Below are positions 16,085 to 25,817 of a stretch of 49,625 nt of DNA, one piece after another. Origin of the DNA: an uncultured Clostridia bacterium (GTDB taxonomy: Bacteria; Bacillota; Clostridia; TANB77; CAG-465); NCBI GenBank assembly GCA_944388565.1, contig CALXJG010000005.1:1-49625 (forward strand), written 5' to 3'. The stretch's first letter is position 1; each line of letters starts with the position of its first letter. The position numbers and the translations under genes are program-made. The notes under the pieces are model-generated. The model made no database searches. It was not told the origin of the DNA and was given only the letters and a program-made list of their open reading frames with translations.

Positions 16085-16996
16085 TTACATTGAACAGATT
16101 ATTTTCTTTAACCCAATTTCAAAATCCATTTCACCATTTTTAGTTTTCTCATCATATTCATCAAAACTATATAATATTTCTTTTAATTTATTTAATGTAT
16201 ACTTATCTGCAGATATTGATAAATTTTTATACGTATATGGATGTATTCCAAATAATTTTGCAATATCCAAAATATTATTTTGTTTAGCATATTTTATTAA
16301 ATACATTTGATATATTTGCTTATATAACATTATATAAATTTTTACTATCGGCTCTTTTTGCTCTAATAAATCATTTAATTTTTTTATTGCCTCTTCTTTT
16401 TTTCTATTAACTATTAAATTTAAAACGTCAAATATTTTTGCATTTAAGGTTCTAGAACATACTTTATCTATGATTTCTTTTGTTACCTTTTTATCACTTC
16501 CATCTAAAAATATTACTAATTTTTTCAACTCATTTATATTGTTAGATTTATCCTCACCACATATACTTTGCATGTATGTAGCGTCTTCATACGATATATT
16601 AATTCCATATCTTCTTATTGTATTATACAGATAATCTATCATTTGCTTTTGATCTAGATGCTTAAATTCATGGCATTCAGCTATTTTGGCTATTTTTTTA
16701 TATTCGCTAAGTCTTTTGTCAACAGTATTTTCTACTAATATAAAAGTTATATCATCATCTGCATTTTCTAATATATCTATATCAATTTTTAAATTGGTTT
16801 CTTTAATAATTACTAATTTCTTAGTACCAAAAAAAGTAACTCCTTGTGATATGTTTTCTAATTCATTTATGTTTTCTTTAGTAATGTAAAATAAATTTAA
16901 TCCTACTTCTAAATTTGTAAAATCTTTTTTAATATTTTCTATTTTCTTGTTTAAATCGTATTTTTCTTCTCCATATAATAAATAAATTTTACTCAC
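16085..16996 (-). CDS. holA: DNA polymerase III delta subunit
   Basis: 303 aa. N-terminus 'IYLLYGEEKYDLNKKIENIKK' is typical of HolA. GTG start preceded by GGGGGTGA. Position matches the Firmicute holA-(rpsT)-gpr neighbourhood. Confidence 0.65.
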   Translation of the reverse strand: MSKIYLLYGEEKYDLNKKIENIKKDFTNLEVGLNLFYITKENINELENISQGVTFFGTKKLVIIKETNLKIDIDILENADDDITFILVENTVDKRLSEYKKIAKIAECHEFKHLDQKQMIDYLYNTIRRYGINISYEDATYMQSICGEDKSNNINELKKLVIFLDGSDKKVTKEIIDKVCSRTLNAKIFDVLNLIVNRKKEEAIKKLNDLLEQKEPIVKIYIMLYKQIYQMYLIKYAKQNNILDIAKLFGIHPYTYKNLSISADKYTLNKLKEILYSFDEYDEKTKNGEMDFEIGLKKIICSM

Positions 16997-17014
16997 ATTC
17001 TCACCCCCAAAATG

Positions 17015-18340
17015 TTATATAATATTTTTCTTTAAATTTTCTATTTCATTTATTGCTCTATTTGCAAGTTTTGTATACTTTTCTTTTTTATCTTTTATTT
17101 TAATATCTAATGGTTTTAGTATTCCAAAATTTGCATTCATTGGTTGATAATTTTTATTTTCAGTTGAGATATACTTTGCAAGAGAACCAAGCATTGTTTC
17201 TTCAGGGAATGTTATTTTTTTCTCTTGTAATCTATTTAATATTGAATATGCTACCATTAATCCAGATGCTGCGGATTCTACATATCCTTCTACACCTGAT
17301 ATTTGACCAGCAAAATATATATTACTATTATCTTTCATACAAAAATTATTATCAAGTAATTTACCACCATTTATATATGAGTTTTTATGCATAACCCCAT
17401 ATCTTACAAAATTAGCATTTTCAAGGCCTGGTATCATTCTGAATACTCTTTTTTGCTCACCAAAAGCTAAACTTGTTTGAAAACCAACCATATTATATAA
17501 AGTTTTTTCTTCATTTTCAGCTCTTAATTGTACAACTGCATAATTTTTCTTAAGAGTTTTAGGATTATCTAATCCTATTGGTTTTAATGGACCAAAAGTT
17601 AATGTCTTTTCTCCTCTTTTTGCCATATACTCTATTGGCATACATCCTTCAAATAATGATATCTTATCAAATTCATGACGGTTTGCAGTTTTAGCATTAA
17701 TTAGTTCATTGTAAAAAGCTAAGTATTGCTCTTTATTCATTGGAAGATTAATATAATCTCCTTTTCCAATTTCACCATATCTATCCATTATATAAGCTAC
17801 ATCCATGTCAATTGTATCTGCCTCTATTATTGGAGCAGCAGCATCATAAAAATATAAACTTTCATCTCCTACAAGTTTCTTAATATTCTCTAATAGATTA
17901 TCACTTGTAAGAGGCCCCGTTGCCACTACAACTATTCCATCCATACTACTTATATCTTCTATTTGTTCATATATAATTTCAATGTTCTTGTTTTCTTTTA
18001 TAATTTTTGTTATTTCTTCAGAAAATTTATTTCTATCAACAGCTAAAGCCTGTCCAGCTGGAATTTTAGTTCTATGTGCAATTTCTACAAATAGACTATC
18101 TAACATTTGCATTTCTTTTTTTAGTAATCCACAAGCATTAGTTATTTCATCTGATTTTAGTGAATTACTGCAAACTAACTCTGCAAAGCTATCCAGAGTA
18201 TGTGCTGGTGATTTATACTTTGGCTTCATTTCATACAGTTTAACTTTTATTCCATTTTTTGCAAGAATATATGCACATTCACAGCCTGCAAGTCCAGCCC
18301 CAATTATATTTATATTAACTTTTTGATTTATTTTACTCAT
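17015..18340 (-). CDS. trmFO: methylenetetrahydrofolate--tRNA-(uracil-5)-methyltransferase (FADH2-dependent)
   Basis: FAD fold 'INIIGAGLAGCECAYILAKNGIKVKLYEMKP', 'FAGQISGVEGYVESAASG'. 441 aa. Confidence 0.9.
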   Translation of the reverse strand: MSKINQKVNINIIGAGLAGCECAYILAKNGIKVKLYEMKPKYKSPAHTLDSFAELVCSNSLKSDEITNACGLLKKEMQMLDSLFVEIAHRTKIPAGQALAVDRNKFSEEITKIIKENKNIEIIYEQIEDISSMDGIVVVATGPLTSDNLLENIKKLVGDESLYFYDAAAPIIEADTIDMDVAYIMDRYGEIGKGDYINLPMNKEQYLAFYNELINAKTANRHEFDKISLFEGCMPIEYMAKRGEKTLTFGPLKPIGLDNPKTLKKNYAVVQLRAENEEKTLYNMVGFQTSLAFGEQKRVFRMIPGLENANFVRYGVMHKNSYINGGKLLDNNFCMKDNSNIYFAGQISGVEGYVESAASGLMVAYSILNRLQEKKITFPEETMLGSLAKYISTENKNYQPMNANFGILKPLDIKIKDKKEKYTKLANRAINEIENLKKNII

Positions 18341-18500
18341 TGACTATCTCCATACTTTATAATTTGACAACTAATTATTACAAAAGAAGTTGATTTTCTT
18401 AAGAGTTGACACTATAAAATAACAACTTTCTTTGCTATATTATATTATAATTTAAGTGTATTTACAATACATTACCCTAAATTCCTATTCGTTTACAAAC

Positions 18501-18531
18501 GAAAAAAGAGATAACATTTAAAGTTATCTCC
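18501..18531 (-). terminator. rho-independent terminator after hflX
   Basis: Minus strand AGGAGAUAAC uuuaaau GUUAUCUCUU, followed by UUUUCGUUUGU. Confidence 0.65.
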
Positions 18532-19791
18532 TTATTTTTTCTCAAATTCCTTATACCTATTATAATCCTCAATTTTACATTCTACAAATAATAAAGTTCC
18601 CTCATTTATATATTCTGTTCTTACCACATTAGAGTTACTATTAAAATAGGCTACAATATCACTTCTATTATATGGAATTAATAATTTAGTTTTAATAAAA
18701 TTTGAAAAAATTTTACTTTTTATAATATTAATTAATTCTTCAATTCCTATTTTATTTGATGCAGACATATAAATTGCATTTTCTTCAATTTTAGGTAACT
18801 TTTCTAATACCAAGTCTGATTTATTATATACATAGACAAGTGGTATTTTGTCGGCTCCTAATTCTTTTAATGTTTTATTTGTAACCTCAATATGCTGTTT
18901 ATAATTTTCATCCGCAAAGTCAACAACTTCTAATATTAAATCCGCTTGTTTTATTTCTTCTAAAGTGGATCTAAAAGCTTTTACTAAACTATGAGGTAAT
19001 TCTGATATGAACCCTACAGTATCAGATAGCAAAAATTCCTTTTTATCTGGTAAAGTTATATTTCTAACTGAAGTATCAAGTGTTGCAAAAAGCATATTTT
19101 TTTCTTCTACTTTTTTACTCTCATCATTTTTGTAAATATCAACCAAAGCATTCATTAAAGTAGACTTACCAGCATTAGTATAACCTGCAAGTGAAACAAG
19201 TGGTATTCCTTTCTTTTTTCTTTGCTTTCTTTGTACATCTCTTTCATTTTCAATATTTTTAAGTTCTTTATTTAATTCTGTTATTTTATCTTCTATTCTT
19301 CTACGATCTAATTCTAATTTTTTCTCTCCAGATCCTTTATTACTAAGTCCTGCTCCACTTCCTTGTCTTCCTAATGATGAATGTAAACCTACAAGTCTTG
19401 GCAACATATATTGTAATTTTGCAACTTCTACTTGTAATTTTGCTTCTTTAGTTTGAGCTCTTTTAGAGAATATTTGAAGTATTAATCCTGTTCTATCTAA
19501 TATTGGTAAAGATAAATCCTTTTGTAAGTTTCTAAGTTGAGATGGAGAAAGTTCATTATTAAAAATTATTAAATCTGCTTTTAAGTATTTGGCTTGTTCT
19601 TTTATCTCTTTTACTTTTCCTGTACCAATATATGTTGCATTATTAACAGATTCTAAGTTTTGTATAGCAACATCTAAAACATCCATATTACAGGCATATG
19701 TTAAATTTCTTAATTCTTCTACAGAATTTAAAAAATATTTCTGATTATTTACATTTACAGCAACTAAAAGTGCTTTTTCAATCTCTTCCAT
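18532..19791 (-). CDS. hflX: GTPase HflX
   Basis: G1 'GYTNAGKSTLMNAL', G3 'LSDTVGFI', 'NKSD'. N-terminal HflX domain 'LIIFNNELSPSQLRNLQ'. GGAGGA RBS. Confidence 0.92.
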   Translation of the reverse strand: MEEIEKALLVAVNVNNQKYFLNSVEELRNLTYACNMDVLDVAIQNLESVNNATYIGTGKVKEIKEQAKYLKADLIIFNNELSPSQLRNLQKDLSLPILDRTGLILQIFSKRAQTKEAKLQVEVAKLQYMLPRLVGLHSSLGRQGSGAGLSNKGSGEKKLELDRRRIEDKITELNKELKNIENERDVQRKQRKKKGIPLVSLAGYTNAGKSTLMNALVDIYKNDESKKVEEKNMLFATLDTSVRNITLPDKKEFLLSDTVGFISELPHSLVKAFRSTLEEIKQADLILEVVDFADENYKQHIEVTNKTLKELGADKIPLVYVYNKSDLVLEKLPKIEENAIYMSASNKIGIEELINIIKSKIFSNFIKTKLLIPYNRSDIVAYFNSNSNVVRTEYINEGTLLFVECKIEDYNRYKEFEKK

Positions 19792-19849
19792 ATTTTTTCC
19801 TCCATTTATTATTATACGATTAATTATACCATGAAATGCTGGAAAATAA

Positions 19850-19880
19850 AAGAAAAAAAATACAAGTAAAAAACTTGTAT
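19850..19880 (-). terminator. rho-independent terminator closing the polysaccharide locus
   Basis: Perfect 8-bp stem ATACAAGT/ACTTGTAT (19860-19867 / 19873-19880), followed on the minus strand by UUUUUUUUC. Confidence 0.65.
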
Positions 19881-19881
19881 T

Positions 19882-20601
19882 TTAATATATTGGTTTATCA
19901 TTTAATACTCTATTTGGATTTTCAACTAAAATTTCATTTAATTTATCAGTTGATACCTTCTTTGATATTTTTTTCATAGCTTTTTCAAAATTACTATAAA
20001 TAGATGTGCTATCATGTGAATCAGTACCAATAAAATGAACTAAATTATTTTTTAATAATTTTTCAACACATTTTTGCGATTTACTACCATAATAACCAAC
20101 TATACTTGCTAAATTTATCTGAATTAAAGCTCCCTCTTCTATTAAAGGAATTACTTTTTTATAATCGTTAAAGATAAATTCATACCTTTCTGGATGTGCC
20201 AAAATTGGTATGTAACCTATATGACCTAATTCAGATATTATCTGTTTTAAATTTAATACCTCACCATTAAATGGTAGTTCAAATAAAACATATTTAGATT
20301 TCCCTAAAGTAAAAACTTTATTTTCTTGTAATAATTCTAATAAATTATTACATATATATATTTCGTTTCCCACATATATTTTTAAGTCTATGTTTTTTTC
20401 TTTTAACATTTTATTTAATACTTCAACACTATTTTCTATATCTTTACAACTAGTCTCATGTCTATCTTCTATATAGTGTGGCGTTGCAAATATTCCTTTA
20501 TACCCCATATTTGCAGCTGCTATAGCCATATTAAAAGTCTCTGTTACACTCTTTGAGCCATCATCTATAGCTGGTATAATATGACAATGCATATCAATCA
20601 T
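19882..20601 (-). CDS. PHP-family protein-tyrosine phosphatase (CpsB/YwqE type)
   Basis: 'MIDMHCHIIPAIDDGS', 'ATPHY', 'LAHPERY', 'GTDSHD' metal-binding motifs. Confidence 0.9.
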   Translation of the reverse strand: MIDMHCHIIPAIDDGSKSVTETFNMAIAAANMGYKGIFATPHYIEDRHETSCKDIENSVEVLNKMLKEKNIDLKIYVGNEIYICNNLLELLQENKVFTLGKSKYVLFELPFNGEVLNLKQIISELGHIGYIPILAHPERYEFIFNDYKKVIPLIEEGALIQINLASIVGYYGSKSQKCVEKLLKNNLVHFIGTDSHDSTSIYSNFEKAMKKISKKVSTDKLNEILVENPNRVLNDKPIY

Positions 20602-20617
20602 TATTTTAACACCTCAT

Positions 20618-21361
20618 CTATTTTGCACTTCTTTTATTACTTATAGCAGTTAATTCATCAGAATAATGTGAATAATATTTACTGTACTCTTTTCTTTTTT
20701 CTACAGGCATTTTATTTAACACAACACCTGATATTTTACCGCCAACCTGTTGAATTGATTTTTTAGCTTCAATAAGCATATCTTTTTTAGTAACATCAGC
20801 TGCAGAAACTAATATAACGTTATCTACTTTTTTGCATAATATCAAACTATCTGCAACAATACTAACAGGTGGAGCATCAAATATTATTACATCAAAATTT
20901 TGTTTTACTATTTGTAAAAATGTATCTAAGCCATCCGTATCTAAAAGTTCAGCAGGATTTGGAGGCACTATACCTGATGGTATTAAGAATAGATTTTTTA
21001 CTTCTGTTGTTGTTATAGATTTCATTAAAATATCTGCTTGTAACTCAATATCGTCTTCAATTCCAATAACCCCTTGCAAGAAATCAGAAAATCCTCTAGT
21101 GTTAAATCTTCCAAATATTTTATGCTGTCTACCTTTTCTTAAATCTGCATCAACTAATAATACCTTCTTATCACTTTGTGCATATGCAGCTGCAAGATTT
21201 GCAGATACCCAGCTTTTTCCATCTCCTGGTGCAGCACTTGTTAAAAGTATAACTTGATTTTTCCTTTTTCCATTCATAAACGAAAGATTAGTTCTTAACA
21301 ATCTTATTGCTTCAGAAATAGGCGCTTTTGGTGATTCATGTACTACTAACTCACTACTCAT
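20618..21361 (-). CDS. BY-kinase cytoplasmic subunit (CpsD/YwqD type protein-tyrosine kinase)
   Basis: Walker A 'TSAAPGDGKS', A' 'LLVDADLRK', B 'VIIFDAPP'. C-terminal Tyr cluster 'EYSKYYSHYSDE'. AAGGAGGA RBS. Confidence 0.92.
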   Translation of the reverse strand: MSSELVVHESPKAPISEAIRLLRTNLSFMNGKRKNQVILLTSAAPGDGKSWVSANLAAAYAQSDKKVLLVDADLRKGRQHKIFGRFNTRGFSDFLQGVIGIEDDIELQADILMKSITTTEVKNLFLIPSGIVPPNPAELLDTDGLDTFLQIVKQNFDVIIFDAPPVSIVADSLILCKKVDNVILVSAADVTKKDMLIEAKKSIQQVGGKISGVVLNKMPVEKRKEYSKYYSHYSDELTAISNKRSAK

Positions 21362-21372
21362 TGTTTTCCTCC

Positions 21373-22056
21373 TTAATCTTTAAATTTAGGTATAACTGCT
21401 AGCACTGGTAAACCTAATGCTTTTTCAATTTCTTCTGGAGTTTTTATAGTATTATTAAAATATACTTTAGCAAATATTACTAAACACGAAATAATTAAAA
21501 ATCCAAATGCAAATATAGCAGCAGTTTTAGGCATATTTACATTATATGGATTATTATCCATTTCTGCTTTATCAATAACAGTTACATTTTCTATTTGATA
21601 TACTTCTTTTACTTTTTCAGTAAATACTTCAGCCAAAGTATTTGCTATATCTGCAGCAGTTTTAGGATCTGAATTTGAAACAGATATTTCAAGTAATTCT
21701 GTATCTTTTTTAGCTTGTACACTTATACTATTAATAAGATCGTCTTCACTAATCTTAAGTCCTAATTTTTCTATTACTTGTTTTGCAACAGTTCTACTCT
21801 TCATTATCTCCCCATAAGTAGAAACCAATTTTTGGTTTAATAAAAGATCATTTTGAGTTATTGCACCACTAGCTGTCCCATTATTTGTATCAGATACATT
21901 TGATAATACTAAAGTGGTAACAGATTTATACATTGGTGTTACTAAAAATGAGGAATATAACATTCCAAGTGCTACACCTAGTACAAGCATAATTAAAACA
22001 AAATATTTTTTTTGCCAGAATTCATAAAATAATTCTTTTATATTTAATTCTTCCAT
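21373..22056 (-). CDS. Wzz/CpsC-type chain-length determinant (BY-kinase transmembrane modulator)
   Basis: Two TM segments flank an extracellular domain ('YFVLIMLVLGVALGMLYSSFLV' and 'AAIFAFGFLIISCLVIFA'). ATG at 22056 sits behind GGGGGAA. The track start at 22068 is a GTG inside that RBS. Confidence 0.85.
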   Translation of the reverse strand: MEELNIKELFYEFWQKKYFVLIMLVLGVALGMLYSSFLVTPMYKSVTTLVLSNVSDTNNGTASGAITQNDLLLNQKLVSTYGEIMKSRTVAKQVIEKLGLKISEDDLINSISVQAKKDTELLEISVSNSDPKTAADIANTLAEVFTEKVKEVYQIENVTVIDKAEMDNNPYNVNMPKTAAIFAFGFLIISCLVIFAKVYFNNTIKTPEEIEKALGLPVLAVIPKFKD

Positions 22057-22097
22057 TATTTCCCCCACATAAAAAATAATTTTTTCAATATGTATTG

Positions 22098-22126
22098 ATT
22101 ATATCATATATTACATATTTGTACAA
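22098..22126 (-). promoter_or_regulatory. putative internal sigma-A promoter TTGTAC-17 nt-TATAAT with TGn extension
   Basis: Minus strand TTGTAC AAATATGTAATATATGA TATAAT, in the 97-nt gap between the LCP gene and the Wzz-kinase-phosphatase genes. Confidence 0.45.
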
Positions 22127-22165
22127 GTAGAATATTTGAAAAATACTAATTTTACATAACTCGCA

Positions 22166-23161
22166 TTATTGTTCATAAATATATTTATATATATCATTTT
22201 TAGCAGTGTCCATATCAGATACAAAATAATATATTCCATCTATCATTTTACCACTTGCATATTCTGTACTTGGCACTTGAACTGATATAATATTATTTAA
22301 ATACTCTCCCCTATTAGATAATATTGAAGTTAGCAAACCTATGTATTTAGTAGGATTTATATTTGTTCTAACTTCTGGTAAAAAACTATCTAAAAGAGAT
22401 ATAATTGTATTTAAATCCATTGTAGAAATCTTATTCATAAGTGCTTCAACTACATCTCTTTGACGACTTGCTCTACTAAAATCATTTCCTACCGTCCTAT
22501 TTCTTGAATGTGTTAAAGCTTGTTCACCAGTTAATATTACTTTTCCTGCGTTTTCAATTTTTTTTACAGGATTCCCCGTTAACTCATAAGATTCCTTTAC
22601 ATATGTATTTATATAGTTTTTTTCACTTTCTGTTATTGTTAATTCTATTCCACCAACATCATTAATTATATTAACTAACCCAGAAAAATCTATAGTTGCA
22701 TACTCAGTAATATTCAAACCAAAATTACTATTTATAGTCTTTATGCTAAGTTGTTCTTTACCATACGCATACGCATGATTAATTTTAGTTTTTCCATATC
22801 CTGGCACTTCAACATAAGTATCTCTTGGTATACTAATTAATTTTATAGATTTTAAATTAGGATTTATAGAGGCTAACATTATAGTATCTGAACGACCAGA
22901 ATTCATATTAGAAGTATCTCTAGAATCTGTGCCAAAAAAAGCAATAGTTATAATTTCATTAAATTCTTCTTCTGTTACTTTATCTGATACTTGATCATAA
23001 ATATCTGTTGTTACACTTAAATCTGAATTGTCTAATTCTTTAAAGTCTACTTTAGACCATTTTGACCATACAAAAAATATACCTATACCTACTATTATTA
23101 ATAATATTAACAATATAACAATAAATAAAATTAATATTTTACTTTTACCTTCCTTTTTCAA
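22166..23161 (-). CDS. LytR-CpsA-Psr (LCP) family glycopolymer ligase
   Basis: N-terminal TM, then 'RSDTIMLASINP', 'ISIPRDTYVEVPGYGKTKINHAYAYG', 'HSRNR'. TTG start with GGGAGGT 7 nt upstream. Confidence 0.88.
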   Translation of the reverse strand: MKKEGKSKILILFIVILLILLIIVGIGIFFVWSKWSKVDFKELDNSDLSVTTDIYDQVSDKVTEEEFNEIITIAFFGTDSRDTSNMNSGRSDTIMLASINPNLKSIKLISIPRDTYVEVPGYGKTKINHAYAYGKEQLSIKTINSNFGLNITEYATIDFSGLVNIINDVGGIELTITESEKNYINTYVKESYELTGNPVKKIENAGKVILTGEQALTHSRNRTVGNDFSRASRQRDVVEALMNKISTMDLNTIISLLDSFLPEVRTNINPTKYIGLLTSILSNRGEYLNNIISVQVPSTEYASGKMIDGIYYFVSDMDTAKNDIYKYIYEQ

Positions 23162-23192
23162 AACTTATACCTCCCATTATTTTTATCACGTT

Positions 23193-24731
23193 TTAAGTTT
23201 CATTCTTACCTTTTAATTTAAAATAAAAACTTTTTACGATTTGTTTTAAATAATCAAATTCTTCTGTTTTTCTAAATATTATAAAGAATACCGTATTAGG
23301 TACTATAACGCATAGTACGCATTTTATTACAAATGAAAGAATATTATTTGTTAAGCTTATTTGACTACATATAACATTTAAAAGTATTACTAAGATTACT
23401 ACAATTATAATATTCCTAAGTTGTGTCAAATAGTATTTTCCTACATTTTTCTTAAAATATTCCTTAAACAATTTATATGGTTCAAACCACATATTCGTAC
23501 TTAATCTAGCAATAGAAGTTGCAATTAAAATTCCAAATAGTCCCAATATATTACCTAATATAATTGAAAGTATTATATTTATAATTACAGCTATTAACAT
23601 TGCATATTTTGTATGATTAAATAACCCTGTTGTATATCTATAACACCAAATAGGATATAGTACTCCTTGTAAATAAAAATTAAACACACATGTATACATA
23701 ACAGCTTTTGTTAACAAGAATTCTTTTCCAATCCATAATGATATAAAATCTTGAAATAATATTGCAAAACATATTGCGCAGAAACCATATATCCAAAATC
23801 CCATAAAGTCTATTACCTTAAATATAAAATACTTTCTTTTTTCACTTGCTTCTACATTTAGATTTCCAATACTTGCTTGAAGCGAAGTAAAAATTAAACT
23901 AGTAAATGTTGTTATAGTTGTAATTATCATAATATAATTTGAATAGTATCCTACATATACAGTTCCTATTAAAATGGAAATTAATATATTATCCGTATTA
24001 TTTAACATTACACTTCCAATTTGATATAAAAATAATGATTTTATATTATTCCAAATGCTTATTTTATCCTTTTTTTCTAAAGTTTCCTTTCCTTTTATAA
24101 AAGGAAACATTTTTTCAGATTTTTTCATTTTGGCAATATTACACATTAATGATGTAAATATTTGCACTACTAAATATAAAGCGAAATTTTTAAATATTAA
24201 TAAAACAAGTATTTGTAGTATAAATTGTAAAAAACTAAATATAATATTATATACCTTTAATTTATATTCTTTTTGCGTAGCTATTGTAATGGATGTCTTG
24301 TATACACAAATATAAGATATAACTGAGTTTAACAAAAATAAAACATAATATAAATGTAAATGTTCAATCGGTTTATCAAGCTGTACAATTATATCTAAAA
24401 AAGGTAATATTAATAATCCGACCACAAGCACTATTATTGCTATTATATTATATAATTTCTTATAGTAATTGACAAGTGCTGTAAGTTTTGTAGTATCATT
24501 TTCCTTAATTGGTTGATACATACTATATACAATAGCAGTACCTATACCTAATTCCGCTAAAGACAACACTGCTAAAATATTAGTAAAAAGTCCATTTATT
24601 CCTAAATACTCTTCTCCAAGTATCTTTATGAATATAGTTCTAGTTACAAATGTAAGTAATGCAGTAACAATTTGAACTGATAAGCCCATTATTACATTTT
24701 TAATTGAATTCTTTTTTCTTGACTCTGCCAT
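23193..24731 (-). CDS. wzx: Wzx-type oligosaccharide flippase (MOP superfamily polysaccharide biosynthesis protein)
   Basis: 512 aa with ~12-14 TM. N-terminus 'KNSIKNVIMGLSVQIVTALLTFVTRTIFIKILGEEYLGINGLF' is typical of the family. Confidence 0.8.
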   Translation of the reverse strand: MAESRKKNSIKNVIMGLSVQIVTALLTFVTRTIFIKILGEEYLGINGLFTNILAVLSLAELGIGTAIVYSMYQPIKENDTTKLTALVNYYKKLYNIIAIIVLVVGLLILPFLDIIVQLDKPIEHLHLYYVLFLLNSVISYICVYKTSITIATQKEYKLKVYNIIFSFLQFILQILVLLIFKNFALYLVVQIFTSLMCNIAKMKKSEKMFPFIKGKETLEKKDKISIWNNIKSLFLYQIGSVMLNNTDNILISILIGTVYVGYYSNYIMIITTITTFTSLIFTSLQASIGNLNVEASEKRKYFIFKVIDFMGFWIYGFCAICFAILFQDFISLWIGKEFLLTKAVMYTCVFNFYLQGVLYPIWCYRYTTGLFNHTKYAMLIAVIINIILSIILGNILGLFGILIATSIARLSTNMWFEPYKLFKEYFKKNVGKYYLTQLRNIIIVVILVILLNVICSQISLTNNILSFVIKCVLCVIVPNTVFFIIFRKTEEFDYLKQIVKSFYFKLKGKNET

Positions 24732-24741
24732 ATATTAACTC

Positions 24742-25806
24742 CTATTTTGTAATTCCTCTTAATCTTCTACCTACTCCATGATATTTATAAATAAAATTGC
24801 AAGCTAACTTCTTCATTTTGCTATACTCATTATTTTCATTATTAAGTTTGGTATTTAAAAATTTATTCATCTTTTCATTATACCAATTTGCCTCTTGTCT
24901 ATTTCTTAAATTAGCATATGTTGGAGTTTCAATATTAGGAATAACCCCCAAAGACATAAAATGACTCGAATTTACACAATAAGCACAATGGCAATTATTT
25001 CCTACAGCTTCAAATTTTATTTTTTTATTTATATCTTTAAATATATTTTGATCTGAAGGACAGTGATAACATTTTCTAGCATCTCCCGTGCTTAAATCTA
25101 GTAAAAACGTCCAATCTCCAGCATAACAGAATTCTTTTCTAGGTACCATGAAATTTTTCATCGTAAAATCAAATAAAGGTGACTCAAATTCTCTACCTAA
25201 CTTTACATATTCTTCTTTACTTAATCTAGTTAATAATTTTATTTCCTTTGCTTCTTCATCTCTAGTTGCTGCTAATTGTGGATATGCTCCTACATTTTCT
25301 TTACAAACTTTTTTTATTTCTTCCAAATATGGAATATATTCATCACATAAATTTAATTGCAATACAAAAGAACAACCTTTATTTCTTACATTATGTATAT
25401 TTTCAAAAAACTCTTTAAGCTTTCCTAATCTTTTTAATTCTAAATAATGGAAAGAAAATGCAAAATTTAATCTTTCTAAATACTCAGATGGCATTTTTAA
25501 AATTTCATTAAATCTTTCTGTTATAGTTCCATTAGTAGTTACATTTACATAATGTCCCTGAGCTAATATATTTTTTAAGATGTCCGGCATTTCTTTTGGT
25601 AACAAAGTTTCACCGAGTCCACAAATGTTAATATAACAAGTTCCTCCTAATCTTTCTTTAGACAGTGCTTTTCCAATATGTTCGGGAGAATATTTAAAAT
25701 TAGGCATTTTATTACTTCTTCTTCCTTCTTGCATTACGTAGCAATAACTACATTTCATATTACATACAGTAACAGGTACAGTACATTCTATAAATCTCTT
25801 TATCAT
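24742..25806 (-). CDS. radical SAM enzyme with C-terminal SPASM/twitch-like Cys cluster
   Basis: 'VCNMKCSYCYV' (CX3CX2C), 'CGLGETLL' (GGE-like SAM motif). C-terminal 'CYAGDWTFLLDLSTGDARKCYHC...NNCHCAYC' contains CX13GX4C. AAGGTGA RBS. Confidence 0.85.
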   Translation of the reverse strand: MIKRFIECTVPVTVCNMKCSYCYVMQEGRRSNKMPNFKYSPEHIGKALSKERLGGTCYINICGLGETLLPKEMPDILKNILAQGHYVNVTTNGTITERFNEILKMPSEYLERLNFAFSFHYLELKRLGKLKEFFENIHNVRNKGCSFVLQLNLCDEYIPYLEEIKKVCKENVGAYPQLAATRDEEAKEIKLLTRLSKEEYVKLGREFESPLFDFTMKNFMVPRKEFCYAGDWTFLLDLSTGDARKCYHCPSDQNIFKDINKKIKFEAVGNNCHCAYCVNSSHFMSLGVIPNIETPTYANLRNRQEANWYNEKMNKFLNTKLNNENNEYSKMKKLACNFIYKYHGVGRRLRGITK

Positions 25807-25817
25807 ATTTTCTCACC

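Noticed and set aside
18365-18415. Plus-strand TTGACA motifs in the trmFO upstream region, considered as divergent promoters
   Set aside because: There is no plus-strand gene to transcribe, and no properly spaced -10 on the plus strand. A minus-strand TTGTAA-17-TATAAT (18439-18467) is the more plausible trmFO promoter, though too weak to list.
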